From assembly GCA_015063895.1 (NCBI GenBank), contig SVTG01000005.1, forward strand, positions 7,974-71,973: a DNA stretch of 64,000 nucleotides. The letters run 5' to 3'. Position 1 is the stretch's first letter. The number at the start of each line of letters is the position of its first letter. A program made the position numbers and the translations under genes. This document shows, in pieces, positions 24,145-34,256 of the stretch. The notes under the pieces are model-generated. The model made no database searches. It worked only from the letters and a program-made list of their open reading frames with translations, and had not been told where the DNA came from. The DNA comes from Oscillospiraceae bacterium (GTDB taxonomy: Bacteria > Bacillota > Clostridia > Oscillospirales > CAG-272).

Positions 24145-25656
24145 TTATTTGCCCCATGCGTTTACCACAGGCGTGAAGTCATTGTCGCTGAACGGATAAA
24201 AGCTCTTGGGGACTTTCCGGAAGGGCAAGGACGTGAGGTTTGCAGTCGCCGCGCCCTTGGTAGCGGCGGGGTAAATCAGGTCGGTCAGCGGCCCGTAGAA
24301 GGCGCGGAACGACGTGCAGGCCTTGACAACGACCATGTCAAAGTCAGCGGGGTTATAGCCGAAGGCACGGTAAAGCTCAAGCAGACCGTTGTAGCGGTGC
24401 TGCGTGGTGACGAGCACCACGGTGTTACGGATCTTCACCACGGCCGAGGGGCCGAAGTCTACCCACATGCCCTTGTAGGGCATCACACCGTCAAACACAG
24501 CCTTGACCTCTGCCTTGACCTTAACGGGGGTGTAGAGATTCGGGCTGATGGTAGCACCGAGCATACCCTCAACGGTATTCCCTACCCCTGCCTCGCGGCA
24601 AGCAAGTGCAAAGGGATTGTCGTTAATGTACATGAGGCCGCGCACGTCGGATTCAAGCGCGAGAATGCGCTCAATGACCTCGGGACTGTCACCAGCAGAC
24701 CCGGCGTTAGAGGAGTCTGCGAAGTCATTGAGGACAACTACCTTGCCACTCTTGTTCTCCTCGGCAATACGAATGATCTCGTCAACGTCAGTAAGATCGG
24801 TTCTGAAGGCGTGACGCATACCGTAAAGCTCATCTGCCATTTCAAGGGCGATGCGTGCTGCCTCGTCCTTATCCTCGCCGATGGCGATCACGGAGCTATA
24901 GCCGTCCTTTACGTCAAGCCAGGGCTGCATCTGCGACACGGAAAAATCGTAGATCTTGCCGGCTGCCACATAATCATGGCCCTTTTGCATCAAGGACTTA
25001 AAGGGCTCGGTCTCGGTAGAATAGGAGCTTGCGGCAATGATCATCGGGATCTGCACGTAAGCCATTTTGGGGTGGATCTTACCGGCGATCATATCCAGGC
25101 AGAGCCTTGCCGCGCGCTCACCCGTTTCCAGGATATCCACGTGGGGATACCGCTGGTAAAGCGAAATGGTGTTTGACAATTCAACCATGCGCTTGGTCAC
25201 GTTGGCGTGAAGGTCAAGCCCCACGGTGATCGGTACGTCGTCACCGACGATCTCGCGCACTGCCGCGATGATATCACCCTCAGGGTCGTCAGAGCCAATA
25301 CTCTGTGCCGCACCGTGCATGAAGAGCACCACACCGTCATACGGCATGTTGGCACGGGTCACTTCTTTTAAATGAGCAATGTAATCGTCCACTACGCTTT
25401 GCTCGATGATCGAGCCGGGCTGTGCACTGATAAAGCCACCCGAAACGATATCGGCACCTGCCGCCATCAGCGTCTTGTAGCAGCCCTCGATGCCGTCAGC
25501 ACCCTCGTTGCAGCGAACGTGCTCGGCAGAAAATGTGAACATATCCTCACCCAGCAGATACTGCTTACGCTTGTAGTCTTCGACCGTCGTCGTGCCGGGA
25601 CCAAATGTGTTCACCTCCTGGTGGAGGCCTCCGAGTAAAATCTTGATAACAAACAT
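24145..25656 (-). CDS. M81-family (MlrC-like) metallopeptidase
   Basis: 503 aa. The N-terminus ILLGGLHQEVNTF is typical of the MlrC/DUF1485 family. It is the first gene of the operon. Confidence 0.75.
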   Translation of the reverse strand: MFVIKILLGGLHQEVNTFGPGTTTVEDYKRKQYLLGEDMFTFSAEHVRCNEGADGIEGCYKTLMAAGADIVSGGFISAQPGSIIEQSVVDDYIAHLKEVTRANMPYDGVVLFMHGAAQSIGSDDPEGDIIAAVREIVGDDVPITVGLDLHANVTKRMVELSNTISLYQRYPHVDILETGERAARLCLDMIAGKIHPKMAYVQIPMIIAASSYSTETEPFKSLMQKGHDYVAAGKIYDFSVSQMQPWLDVKDGYSSVIAIGEDKDEAARIALEMADELYGMRHAFRTDLTDVDEIIRIAEENKSGKVVVLNDFADSSNAGSAGDSPEVIERILALESDVRGLMYINDNPFALACREAGVGNTVEGMLGATISPNLYTPVKVKAEVKAVFDGVMPYKGMWVDFGPSAVVKIRNTVVLVTTQHRYNGLLELYRAFGYNPADFDMVVVKACTSFRAFYGPLTDLIYPAATKGAATANLTSLPFRKVPKSFYPFSDNDFTPVVNAWGK

Positions 25657-25703
25657 CCCCTTTTTAAAGGTATTCGGAACTCTGCCATAAATTCCTACCT
25701 TAC

Positions 25704-25732
25704 ATTATTGCATATTTGCCGTCCATTGTCAA
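25704..25732 (-). promoter_or_regulatory. Sigma-A-type promoter of the MlrC/flavoprotein operon
   Basis: The minus strand reads TTGACA-17 nt-AATAAT (-35 at 25727-25732, -10 at 25704-25709). Confidence 0.5.
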
Positions 25733-25770
25733 GAGTTTCGGGCAAAAAAACCGCACTTTTTTGAGTATTT

Positions 25771-25879
25771 TTCCACATTTTTGCCACAAAATTCCACACT
25801 TTGGGGTTGGTGTTGTGTGGTTTTGTGGGTTCCGCGACTTAAAAACTGTTGAAATTGAATATTTTCCACACTTTCCACA
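25771..25879. promoter_or_regulatory. Array of T(T/G)CCACA boxes, a candidate operator for the divergent DeoR regulator
   Basis: Forward boxes lie at 25771, 25782, 25792, 25864 and 25873 (spacing 9-11 bp). Inverted copies are tgtgtgg (25814-25820) and tgtggg (25824-25829). Confidence 0.5.
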
Positions 25880-25887
25880 TTTTTTTG

Positions 25888-25916
25888 TTGACTTTTTGTG
25901 TGTTTTGATCTATAAT
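25888..25916 (+). promoter_or_regulatory. Sigma-A-type promoter of the DeoR gene
   Basis: TTGACT (25888-25893)-17 nt-TATAAT (25911-25916), immediately downstream of two CCACA boxes. Confidence 0.6.
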
Positions 25917-25998
25917 ATATCCATAGTGATGGGAACAGAGCGCTTTTACTGTTTTTACCACACGACACCACAAAACACCGCAAAAAGGAGAACCGCAC

Positions 25999-26793
25999 GT
26001 GCTTACCTCTGAACGACAAAGACTGATCAAGGAAGAGGCGATGAAAACAGGCGAGGTATCGATTTCCGAGCTTGCCAAAAAATACAACGTATCGATTGAA
26101 ACGATTCGCCGCGATATCAACTTTTTATCCGAGAAAAACCTTTTAAAAAAGGTGCGTGGCGGCGCCGTGCCGATCCAATTTGCCGTGCGCGAGGACACTT
26201 ACGATATCCGACACCGCAAAAACCACGCGGCCAAGGCCTCGATCGGTGATTTTATTGCCGCCAATCTCGTTGAGGATAACGACACGATCGCCATTTCAAG
26301 CGGCAGCACCATGGAGATCCTGGCCGCCTCGATCACGGCAAGAAACGTATTGATCGTTACCAATTCTATTAAAATCGCTTCTATTTTACAAAACCGCATG
26401 CGCCAGAATCTGATGTCGGGTGAGGTGATCATGCTTGGCGGCATTATCCGCGCGGACGAGCACTACACGGGCGGCACGCTTGCGGTTGATATGCTGAAAA
26501 AATTCACCTTTAATAAGGCCTTTCTCGGCATTTCCGCTATCAGCGGACGCGACGTGATGACCTCTAACATTGAGGAGGGCGTTATTATGTCGACAATGAT
26601 CGATCACGCGCGCTTTTGCTGTGTGGCAACCGACTCAAGCAAGTTTGACGTGCGCTCCACCTACACCTTTGCCGACCTTGCCGAAATTGATGCCGTGGTG
26701 ACCGAGGAAAACGCCGATATCGCCGAGGAAACACTGAATTTGTTTGAGGCAAACAGCGTGACGATCTACCGCGCGCCGATGAAGGAAATTTAA
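25999..26793 (+). CDS. DeoR/GlpR-family transcriptional regulator
   Basis: GTG start with AAGGAG (25984-25989). MLTSERQRLIKEEAMKTGEVSISELAKKYNVSIETIRRDINFL is a classical DeoR N-terminus. Confidence 0.9.
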   Translation: MLTSERQRLIKEEAMKTGEVSISELAKKYNVSIETIRRDINFLSEKNLLKKVRGGAVPIQFAVREDTYDIRHRKNHAAKASIGDFIAANLVEDNDTIAISSGSTMEILAASITARNVLIVTNSIKIASILQNRMRQNLMSGEVIMLGGIIRADEHYTGGTLAVDMLKKFTFNKAFLGISAISGRDVMTSNIEEGVIMSTMIDHARFCCVATDSSKFDVRSTYTFADLAEIDAVVTEENADIAEETLNLFEANSVTIYRAPMKEI

Positions 26794-26852
26794 TTGCTTT
26801 TGAAAAACTGTTTGAAATCATTTTTTTACATTTTTAGTTGGTAAATACACAA

Positions 26853-26884
26853 AAACAGGTGCGCCGCGGCGCACCTGTTTTATG
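26853..26884 (+). terminator. Intrinsic terminator of the DeoR gene
   Basis: aaaa-caggtgcgcc-gc-ggcgcacctg-tttt. Confidence 0.8.
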
Positions 26885-26968
26885 CCTTTTATAAATTCCC
26901 CTCCCACGCTTAATTTTTTATTTCTACTGCGTTCTCTCTATTATTATAAGAAATATTTATTTTACCTC

Positions 26969-26996
26969 TTGATTTTTGCAAATTTTGTGCTATAAT
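26969..26996 (+). promoter_or_regulatory. Sigma-A-type promoter of the pheST leader
   Basis: TTGATT (26969-26974)-16 nt-TATAAT (26991-26996), with TGc immediately upstream of the -10. Confidence 0.65.
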
Positions 26997-27002
26997 AGCA
27001 CT

Positions 27003-27266
27003 TGTAAACAAACACTGTGAAAAAGGTTGCCCTTTTCGGGGGTCGGAACAGAGAGAGTTGCCTTGGCTGTGAGCAGCTTACGACAGAAAATGCGGCGTTT
27101 CCCTTTGGAGTGGACAGCGTGAGTGCGTGCGACGGCACGCGGTAGTGCTGTACGGCAGGCACCGTTAACGGCCGGTAAAGTGTTGGCTTTGCGCCTTCAA
27201 TTCGGGTGGTACCGCGAGCGAAATTTCGCCTCGTCCTGATGTTTTCGGGACGGGGCTTTATTTTTT
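27003..27266 (+). promoter_or_regulatory. T-box riboswitch leader (tRNA-Phe expected) controlling pheST
   Basis: The conserved T-box sequence aattcGGGTGGTACCGCG lies at 27199-27216. AGAGAGAG lies at 27050-27057. The terminator stem cctcgtcc/ggacgggg (27229-27255) is followed by ctttatttttt. It is located directly upstream of pheS. Confidence 0.85.
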
Positions 27267-27297
27267 CACGGGCCCCAAAATTTGGAAAGGAAAAACT

Positions 27298-28311
27298 ATG
27301 AAAGAGAAACTGCAACAAATCAAGCAAGCGGCGCTCGCTGAGCTGCAAGCGCCAGACTGTGACACCGAGGCTGTACGTGTCAAATACCTCGGCAAAAAGG
27401 GTGAGCTGACCGCTGTTTTGCGCGGTATGGGTGCCCTCTCGCCCGAGGAACGTCCTGTGGTCGGTCAGATGGCAAACGACGTACGCGCCGAGATCGAGGC
27501 GGCACTTGCCACCGTTGTGGCCGCCGCCAAGGAAAAGGCTTTAAACGACCGTCTTGCACGCGAAAAGCTTGACGTGACGATGCCCGGCAAGTGCGAGCGC
27601 GTCGGTCATCAGCATCCCCTCACCCGCGCCCAGCGCGAGATGGAGGAGATCTTTATCGGCATGGGCTTTGAGATCGCCGAGGGCCCTGAGGTAGAATACG
27701 ATTACTACAACTTCCAGGCTCTGAACATTCCCGAAAATCACCCTGCAAGAGATACGCAGGATACCTTCTATATCACCGACAAGATCCTGCTTCGCTCCCA
27801 GACCTCGCCCGTACAGGTGCGCGTGATGGAAAAGCAGAGCCCCCCTATCCGCGTGATCTCCCCCGGGCGCGTGTATCGCTCCGACGCGCTGGATGCCACG
27901 CACTCTCCCCTGTTCCATCAGATGGAGGGGCTTGTGGTCGACAAGGGCATTACGATGAGCGACCTGAAGGGCACGCTTGAAACCTTTGCGCGCAAAATGT
28001 TCGGTGACAAGACCGAGATCCGCTTCCGCCCCCATCACTTCCCGTTTACCGAGCCCTCGGCAGAGGTTGACGTATCCTGCTTTGTGTGCGGCGGCAAGGG
28101 CTGCCGTGTATGCAAGGGCGAGGGCTGGATCGAGATTTTGGGTGCCGGCATGGTACATCCCTTTGTGCTTTCAAACTGCGGCATTGACCCCGAGGTCTAC
28201 AGCGGCTTTGCCTTTGGCATGGGCCTTGAGCGCGTAACGATGACGCGCTACGGCATTGACGACATTCGCTTGTTCTATGAAAACGACGAGCGCTTCCTCA
28301 AGCAATTTTAA
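27298..28311 (+). CDS. pheS: Phenylalanine--tRNA ligase alpha subunit
   Basis: 337 aa. Class II aaRS motifs ([19 protein letters not shown]). Confidence 0.97.
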   Translation: MKEKLQQIKQAALAELQAPDCDTEAVRVKYLGKKGELTAVLRGMGALSPEERPVVGQMANDVRAEIEAALATVVAAAKEKALNDRLAREKLDVTMPGKCERVGHQHPLTRAQREMEEIFIGMGFEIAEGPEVEYDYYNFQALNIPENHPARDTQDTFYITDKILLRSQTSPVQVRVMEKQSPPIRVISPGRVYRSDALDATHSPLFHQMEGLVVDKGITMSDLKGTLETFARKMFGDKTEIRFRPHHFPFTEPSAEVDVSCFVCGGKGCRVCKGEGWIEILGAGMVHPFVLSNCGIDPEVYSGFAFGMGLERVTMTRYGIDDIRLFYENDERFLKQF

Positions 28312-28329
28312 GAAAGGAGCCTGAAGAAA

Positions 28330-30726
28330 ATGAATTTATCTATGAAATGGCTTTCGGACTTTGTTGACGTGTCCGATATTAGCATCAAGGATTATTGCGA
28401 CAAGCTGACGCTGACGGGCTCCAAGGTTGAGGGCTATGAGGAAATGGGCGCAGAAATTGAAAACGTAGTGGTGGCAAGGATCGAAAAGATCGAGCCCCAC
28501 CCCGATAGCGACCATTTGCAAATCTGCCAGATGAACGTAGGCACGGGCGAGCTCGTGCAGATCGTTACGGGCGCGCAAAACGTATTTGAGGGTGCCATTG
28601 TACCCGCTGCACTCCCCGTGGCAAGGCTGCCGCACGGCGTCGTCATCAAGGACGGCAAGCTGCGCGGTGTGCCCTCTCACGGTATGCTCTGCTCAATGGG
28701 TGAGTTGAACCTCACCACGCACGAGTGCCCCGGCAAGGAAGAAAACGGCATTCTCATTCTTGACGATTGCTTTGCCGACAAGATCGGCACCGACATTCGC
28801 GAGGCGCTGATGCTTGACGACACCACCGTGGAGTTTGAGATCACCTCCAACCGTCCCGACTGCCTTTCGGTGATCGGGCTTGCACGTGAGAGTGCGGTAT
28901 CCTTCGGGCGCCCCCTCTCGGTGCCTACCCCTGCCGTGAAGCCTCTTGGCGACGGCGATGACGTTACCAAATATTTAAGCGTTGGCATCGAGGCACCCGA
29001 CCTCTGCTATCGCTATGCGGCTAAGGTCGTCAAGAACGTACGCATCAAGCCCTCCCCCATGTGGCTGCGTATGCGCCTTGCCGCCGCGGGTGTACGCCCC
29101 ATCAACAATATCGTAGATATCACCAACTACGTCATGCTTGAGTACGGTCAGCCGATGCACGCCTTTGACTACACGCAAATTGAGGGCAATGCCATTCGCG
29201 TGCGCCGCGCCGCTGACGGCGAGCAGTTCAGATCCCTTGACGATATTGACCACACGCTTGACAGCTCTATGCTTGTCATTGCCGACGGGAAAAAGGCCTG
29301 CGCGCTCGCGGGTGTGATGGGCGGTGCCAACAGTGAGATCAAGGACGACACCAAGACGGTGGTATTTGAGTCTGCCTGCTTCAACGGCGGCAGCGTGCGC
29401 GTGACCGCCAAGAAAAACGGCATGCGTACCGAATCCTCGGCACGCTTTGAAAAGGGTCTTGATGCCGAGAACTGCATGCCCGGTCTGCTGCGTGCGTGCG
29501 AGCTGGTACAGCTGCTCGATGCCGGCGACGTGGTGGACGGCACGATCGACGTTTACCCCACCAAGGCAGAGCCTACCGCGCTCCCCTTTGAGCCGGCACG
29601 CTACAACGCCTTCCTTGGCACCGATATTACCGAGGCGCGTATGACCGAGATTTTGAACGACCTCGGCTGCAAGGTAGAAAACGGCACGATCGCCGTGCCC
29701 TCCTTCCGTGCCGATCTTGCTTGCATGAACGATATCGCCGAGGAGATCATGCGTATTCACGGCTATGACAAGATCGTTTCCACCAAGATCGTGGCAGAAA
29801 CCACCGAGGGCGGACGCACCCCCAAGCAGGCATTTGGCATTGACGTGGAGAATGCGCTGTACGGCATGGGCATTGACGAGATCCAGACCTTCTCCTTCAT
29901 TTCCCCCAAGTATTACGACAAGATCCGTCTGCCCGAAAACGCCGCGCTGCGTCGCTCGGTGGTGATCTCCAATCCCCTTGGCGAGGATACGAGCGTCATG
30001 CGCACCACCGCCCTGCCCTCTATGCTGGAGGTGCTGGCGCGAAACGCTAACTTCAACAACGAAAACGTACGCCTGTTTGAAATGGGCTCGGTCTATTTGC
30101 CCGATGCCGATGCCGCTAAGCTCCCCTACGAGGGCAAGATGCTCACGCTCGGCATGTACGGCGACGCCGATTTCTACACGGTCAAGGGCGCCATTGAAAA
30201 TTTGCTGGCGCTGGCCGCTATCAAGAACGCGACCTTTGTGGCAGTTGCCGACAATCCCTCCTATCACCCCGGGCGCTGTGCCGTGGTCAAGGCTGGCGAC
30301 GTCACGCTGGCTACCTTCGGTCAGGTTCACCCGCTGGTAGTAGAAAACTACGGCCTTTCTATGCCGCTTTACGCCGCAGAGATCGATTTTGATGCGCTCT
30401 TTGAGGCCAGATGCGCCGACAAGCATTACACCCCCCTGCCTAAGTTCCCCGCCATTACCCGTGACTTCTCGTTCATTTGCGACGAGGCACTGGAGGTCGG
30501 TCGTATCATATCCGTGATGCAAATGGCAGGTGGCAAGCAGTGCGAGGGCGTGAAGCTGTTTGATATTTATCGCGGTGCACAGGTTGGCGAGAACAAAAAA
30601 TCCGTTTCCCTGCGCATGACCCTGCGTGCCGACGACCACACCATGACGGTGGAGGACGCCGAAAAGATCACCAAAAAGGTGCTGTTCCTGCTTGAAAAAG
30701 AGCTGGGGCTTACCCTGCGCGCCTGA
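28330..30726 (+). CDS. pheT: Phenylalanine--tRNA ligase beta subunit
   Basis: 798 aa. N-terminus MKWLSDFV with a tRNA-binding domain, followed by the B3/4, B5 and FDX-ACB domain order. Confidence 0.97.
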   Translation: MNLSMKWLSDFVDVSDISIKDYCDKLTLTGSKVEGYEEMGAEIENVVVARIEKIEPHPDSDHLQICQMNVGTGELVQIVTGAQNVFEGAIVPAALPVARLPHGVVIKDGKLRGVPSHGMLCSMGELNLTTHECPGKEENGILILDDCFADKIGTDIREALMLDDTTVEFEITSNRPDCLSVIGLARESAVSFGRPLSVPTPAVKPLGDGDDVTKYLSVGIEAPDLCYRYAAKVVKNVRIKPSPMWLRMRLAAAGVRPINNIVDITNYVMLEYGQPMHAFDYTQIEGNAIRVRRAADGEQFRSLDDIDHTLDSSMLVIADGKKACALAGVMGGANSEIKDDTKTVVFESACFNGGSVRVTAKKNGMRTESSARFEKGLDAENCMPGLLRACELVQLLDAGDVVDGTIDVYPTKAEPTALPFEPARYNAFLGTDITEARMTEILNDLGCKVENGTIAVPSFRADLACMNDIAEEIMRIHGYDKIVSTKIVAETTEGGRTPKQAFGIDVENALYGMGIDEIQTFSFISPKYYDKIRLPENAALRRSVVISNPLGEDTSVMRTTALPSMLEVLARNANFNNENVRLFEMGSVYLPDADAAKLPYEGKMLTLGMYGDADFYTVKGAIENLLALAAIKNATFVAVADNPSYHPGRCAVVKAGDVTLATFGQVHPLVVENYGLSMPLYAAEIDFDALFEARCADKHYTPLPKFPAITRDFSFICDEALEVGRIISVMQMAGGKQCEGVKLFDIYRGAQVGENKKSVSLRMTLRADDHTMTVEDAEKITKKVLFLLEKELGLTLRA

Positions 30727-30738
30727 TCGAGGTTGACG

Positions 30739-30957
30739 ATGGAAAAAGCCAAGATCGACCGCATCAACGAGCTGGCGGCACTGAAAAAGGAACGCCCCTT
30801 GACCGAAGCGGAGGCCGCCGAGCAGGCGGCGCTCCGCGCCGAGTATCTGGCAGAGTTCCGTGCCCACATGCGCGGTACGCTTGATCACACCGTCATCGAG
30901 CGCCCCGACGGTACACGCGAGCGAGTCAGACCCAAAACCGACAAGGAGAAAAAATGA
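30739..30957 (+). CDS. DUF896 (UPF0291/YnzC-like) small protein
   Basis: [37 protein letters not shown] is the typical DUF896 helix-hairpin. The ATG at 30739 is preferred over the TTG at 30733. Confidence 0.8.
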   Translation: MEKAKIDRINELAALKKERPLTEAEAAEQAALRAEYLAEFRAHMRGTLDHTVIERPDGTRERVRPKTDKEKK

Positions 30958-30958
30958 T

Positions 30959-32632
30959 ATGATGACTGATATTGAAATCGCAAAAGCGGCGAAGCTGCTG
31001 CCTATCCACGAGATTGCCACCGATCTTGGCGTACACGAGGAGGAGCTGGAGCAATACGGCCGTTACAAGGCCAAGATCAATGATGCATTTTTAAAGCGCA
31101 CAGCCGATAAAAAGAACGGCAAGCTGATCCTTGTGACCGCCATCAATCCCACCCCTGCAGGCGAGGGCAAGACTACCACGACCGTGGGACTTGGTATGGC
31201 CATGAAAAAAATCGGCAAAAAAGCTGTGATCGCCCTGCGCGAGCCCTCGCTCGGGCCCGTATTTGGCATCAAGGGCGGCGCAGCAGGCGGCGGCTATGCA
31301 CAGGTCGTACCGATGGAGGATATCAACCTGCACTTCACGGGTGACTTCCACGCCATTACGTCCGCCAACAACCTTCTGTGCGCTATTCTTGACAACCACA
31401 TTCAGCAAGGCAATGCTCTTGGCATTGATCCGCGCCGTGTGCTCTTCACGCGTGTGGTGGATATGAACGACCGCGCACTGCGCAACATTCTCATCGGCCT
31501 TGGCGGCAAGGTAAACGGCGTGCCGCGCGAGGACCACTTTATGATCACGGTAGCCAGTGAGGTAATGGCCATTCTCTGCCTTTCCGAGGATCTTGCCGAC
31601 CTCAAGCGCCGCCTTGGCGACATTCTTGTGGCCTACACCTACGAGGGTAAGCCCGTATTCTGCCGCGATCTGCAGGTAAACGGTGCGATGGCAGCGCTTC
31701 TTAAGGACGCCATCAAGCCCAACCTGGTTCAAACGCTTGAAAACACCCCTGCCCTCATTCACGGCGGCCCCTTTGCCAACATTGCGCACGGCTGCAACTC
31801 GATCAGAGCCACCAAGCTTGCCCTTAAGCTCGGTGACTACGCCATCACCGAGGCAGGGTTCGGCGCTGACCTTGGTGCTGAAAAGTTCCTTGATATCAAG
31901 TGCCGTATGGCAGGGCTCTCCCCCGATGCCATCGTGCTGGTGGCAACGGTACGTGCACTGAAGTATAACGGCGGCGTGCAAAAGCCCGACCTGAAGGCTG
32001 AAAACGTTGAAGCGATGAAGCGCGGTGCCGTTAACCTTGAAGCACACATTGAAAACCTTCACAAGTTCGGCGTACCCGTGGTGGTTGCCATCAACCGCTT
32101 TGATACCGACACCAATGCCGAGCTTGATGCACTGCGCGCCATCTGCGAGGAAAAGGGCGCCGATTTTGCCCTGTCCGAGGTCTTTGCCAAGGGTGGTGAG
32201 GGTGGCATCGAGCTTGCCGAAAAGGTCGTTGCCGCTTGCGAGAAGGAAAAAAATTTCAAATTCCTCTACGACGATGAGCTTTCCATCACCGAAAAGATCG
32301 AGACCGTTGCCAAGGAGCTTTACGGCGCAGGTAACGTGGTGTTTGAGGCAGGTGCAAAGAAGGCACTGGCCGATATTCTTGCCATTGACGAGAAATATGC
32401 GAAATTCCCCGTTTGTATGGCAAAAACGCAATATTCCTTCTCCGACGACCAAAGCAAGCTCGGCAGACCCGTTGGCCATACGCTGACGGTACGCGACATT
32501 CGTTTGTCGGCAGGTGCCGGCTTCATCGTGGTGCTGACGGGCACCGTGATGACGATGCCCGGTCTTGGCAAGACCCCTACCGCCTACACGATCGATATTG
32601 ACAACGACGGCAACATTTCCGGGCTGTTCTGA
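30959..32632 (+). CDS. fhs: Formate--tetrahydrofolate ligase
   Basis: Lies within ORF 30860-32632, starting MMTDIEIAK. Carries the FTHFS signature [17 protein letters not shown]. Confidence 0.95.
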   Translation: MMTDIEIAKAAKLLPIHEIATDLGVHEEELEQYGRYKAKINDAFLKRTADKKNGKLILVTAINPTPAGEGKTTTTVGLGMAMKKIGKKAVIALREPSLGPVFGIKGGAAGGGYAQVVPMEDINLHFTGDFHAITSANNLLCAILDNHIQQGNALGIDPRRVLFTRVVDMNDRALRNILIGLGGKVNGVPREDHFMITVASEVMAILCLSEDLADLKRRLGDILVAYTYEGKPVFCRDLQVNGAMAALLKDAIKPNLVQTLENTPALIHGGPFANIAHGCNSIRATKLALKLGDYAITEAGFGADLGAEKFLDIKCRMAGLSPDAIVLVATVRALKYNGGVQKPDLKAENVEAMKRGAVNLEAHIENLHKFGVPVVVAINRFDTDTNAELDALRAICEEKGADFALSEVFAKGGEGGIELAEKVVAACEKEKNFKFLYDDELSITEKIETVAKELYGAGNVVFEAGAKKALADILAIDEKYAKFPVCMAKTQYSFSDDQSKLGRPVGHTLTVRDIRLSAGAGFIVVLTGTVMTMPGLGKTPTAYTIDIDNDGNISGLF

Positions 32633-32635
32633 TCT

Positions 32636-33082
32636 ATGTATCACAAAATCATTCACACGCTTTCTGCCGCTGAGACCGAGGCGACGGGGGCTGAATTGGC
32701 CATTGCCATGCAGCGCGAGGGGTTGCCCCCATACGTAGCGCTTTACGGCGACCTTGGCGTTGGCAAGACCGCGTTTGTGCGCGGCTTTGCCTCGGTCATT
32801 GCGCCTACGGCACCCGTGCGCTCCCCTACGTTTGCCCTGGTAAACGAATACCGCGGCAGGGACAAAAGGCTCTTTCACTTTGATATGTACCGCATTACAA
32901 GCGAGGACGACCTGTATTCGATCGGCTACGACGACTATCTTACGGCAGGCGGTATATGTCTTGTCGAATGGAGCGAAAATATTGAAAACGACATTCCCCC
33001 AAGGCACGTGCGCGTAGAGATCGTCAAAAATGATGCCAACTCGCCCGACAGCCGTCTGATCACGATTGAAGAAAGGAGATAA
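32636..33082 (+). CDS. tsaE: tRNA t6A37 biosynthesis ATPase TsaE
   Basis: GDLGVGKTAFVRG P-loop, SPTFALVNEY, HFDMYR. Confidence 0.9.
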   Translation: MYHKIIHTLSAAETEATGAELAIAMQREGLPPYVALYGDLGVGKTAFVRGFASVIAPTAPVRSPTFALVNEYRGRDKRLFHFDMYRITSEDDLYSIGYDDYLTAGGICLVEWSENIENDIPPRHVRVEIVKNDANSPDSRLITIEERR

Positions 33083-33085
33083 GCT

Positions 33086-33799
33086 ATGCTGATCTTTGCA
33101 CTTGACAGCTCTGCTGTGGTTGCCACCGTAGCACTGTACCGCGACAAAGCGCCGCTTGCCTCCTTTACCCTGAAAAACGGCAACACCCATAGTGAAACGC
33201 TTTTGCCGATGGCGAAGGCGCTGTTTGAGGTCACGGGCTACACCGCCGACGACGTTGACGTCTTTGCGTGCAGTGCGGGCCCCGGTTCCTTTACAGGTAT
33301 GCGCATCGGTGCTGCAACCGTCAAGGGGCTTGCCTTTGGAAAAGGCAAAACCGTGATCGGGGTCTCGACCCTTGAGGCTATGGCCCGAAATCTGTTGCCG
33401 ACCAAGGGGTTGATCTGCCCCGTGATGAATGCCCGACGCGGACAGGTCTACAATGCGCTGTTCTTTGCCGACGGGGATAGCCTCACCAGGCTTTGCCCCG
33501 ACCGCGCACTGGCAGCCGACGACCTTGCCGCAGAACTTCGCGCGCGTGAGGCCCCCTTTTATCTGATCGGTGACGGCGTGGACGTAGCAACGGCTGCCTT
33601 AGGAGATCTCACCCCCCTGCCCTGTCCGACACCCGTGGCTGAGCAAAATGCCGCAGGGGTCGCGCTGGCGGCATATCATTTGTATGAAGCGGGTGTACGC
33701 ACCACCGACCGAGACCTTTCCCCCATCTATTTACGCTTGCCGCAGGCAGAACGCGAACGCCTTGAAAAAGAACAAGCAACAAAAAAGGACGGTAACTGA
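33086..33799 (+). CDS. tsaB: tRNA t6A37 biosynthesis protein TsaB
   Basis: MLIFALDSS..., GPGSFTGMRIG. It follows tsaE. Confidence 0.9.
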   Translation: MLIFALDSSAVVATVALYRDKAPLASFTLKNGNTHSETLLPMAKALFEVTGYTADDVDVFACSAGPGSFTGMRIGAATVKGLAFGKGKTVIGVSTLEAMARNLLPTKGLICPVMNARRGQVYNALFFADGDSLTRLCPDRALAADDLAAELRAREAPFYLIGDGVDVATAALGDLTPLPCPTPVAEQNAAGVALAAYHLYEAGVRTTDRDLSPIYLRLPQAERERLEKEQATKKDGN

Positions 33800-33800
33800 T

Positions 33801-34256
33801 ATGAAAAAACTGGTAATTGGCTGCGATCACGCCGCACTTGATCTCAAAAATGCCGTACGTGAGCATCTTGAAGGACGCGGCTTTGACGTCACTGACGTCG
33901 GCACCTACACGAACGACAGCTGCAACTATCCCGTATTTGCGCACCGCGTTTGCACCAAGGTGCAATCGGGTGAGGCAGAGATGGGTATTCTCATTTGCGG
34001 TACAGGCATCGGTATGTCACTTGTTGCCAACAAGCACAAGGGTATTCGTGCCGCCTGCTGCTCCGATACCTTCAGCGCACGCCTCACGCGCCAGCACAAT
34101 GACGCAAACGTGCTTTGCTTCGGTGCACGCGTAGTAGGTCTTGGCCTTGCGCTTGACCTGGTGGATAACTTTATCGACGCTGAATTTGAGGGCGGCAAGC
34201 ACGCCGTACGCGTTGATATGATCACCGCCGTTGAAAACGGCACCTTTCAGGAATAA
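33801..34256 (+). CDS. rpiB: Ribose-5-phosphate isomerase B
   Basis: Lies within ORF 33648-34256, starting MKKLVIGCDHAA. ICGTGIGMSLVANK is the RpiB/LacAB signature. Confidence 0.93.
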   Translation: MKKLVIGCDHAALDLKNAVREHLEGRGFDVTDVGTYTNDSCNYPVFAHRVCTKVQSGEAEMGILICGTGIGMSLVANKHKGIRAACCSDTFSARLTRQHNDANVLCFGARVVGLGLALDLVDNFIDAEFEGGKHAVRVDMITAVENGTFQE

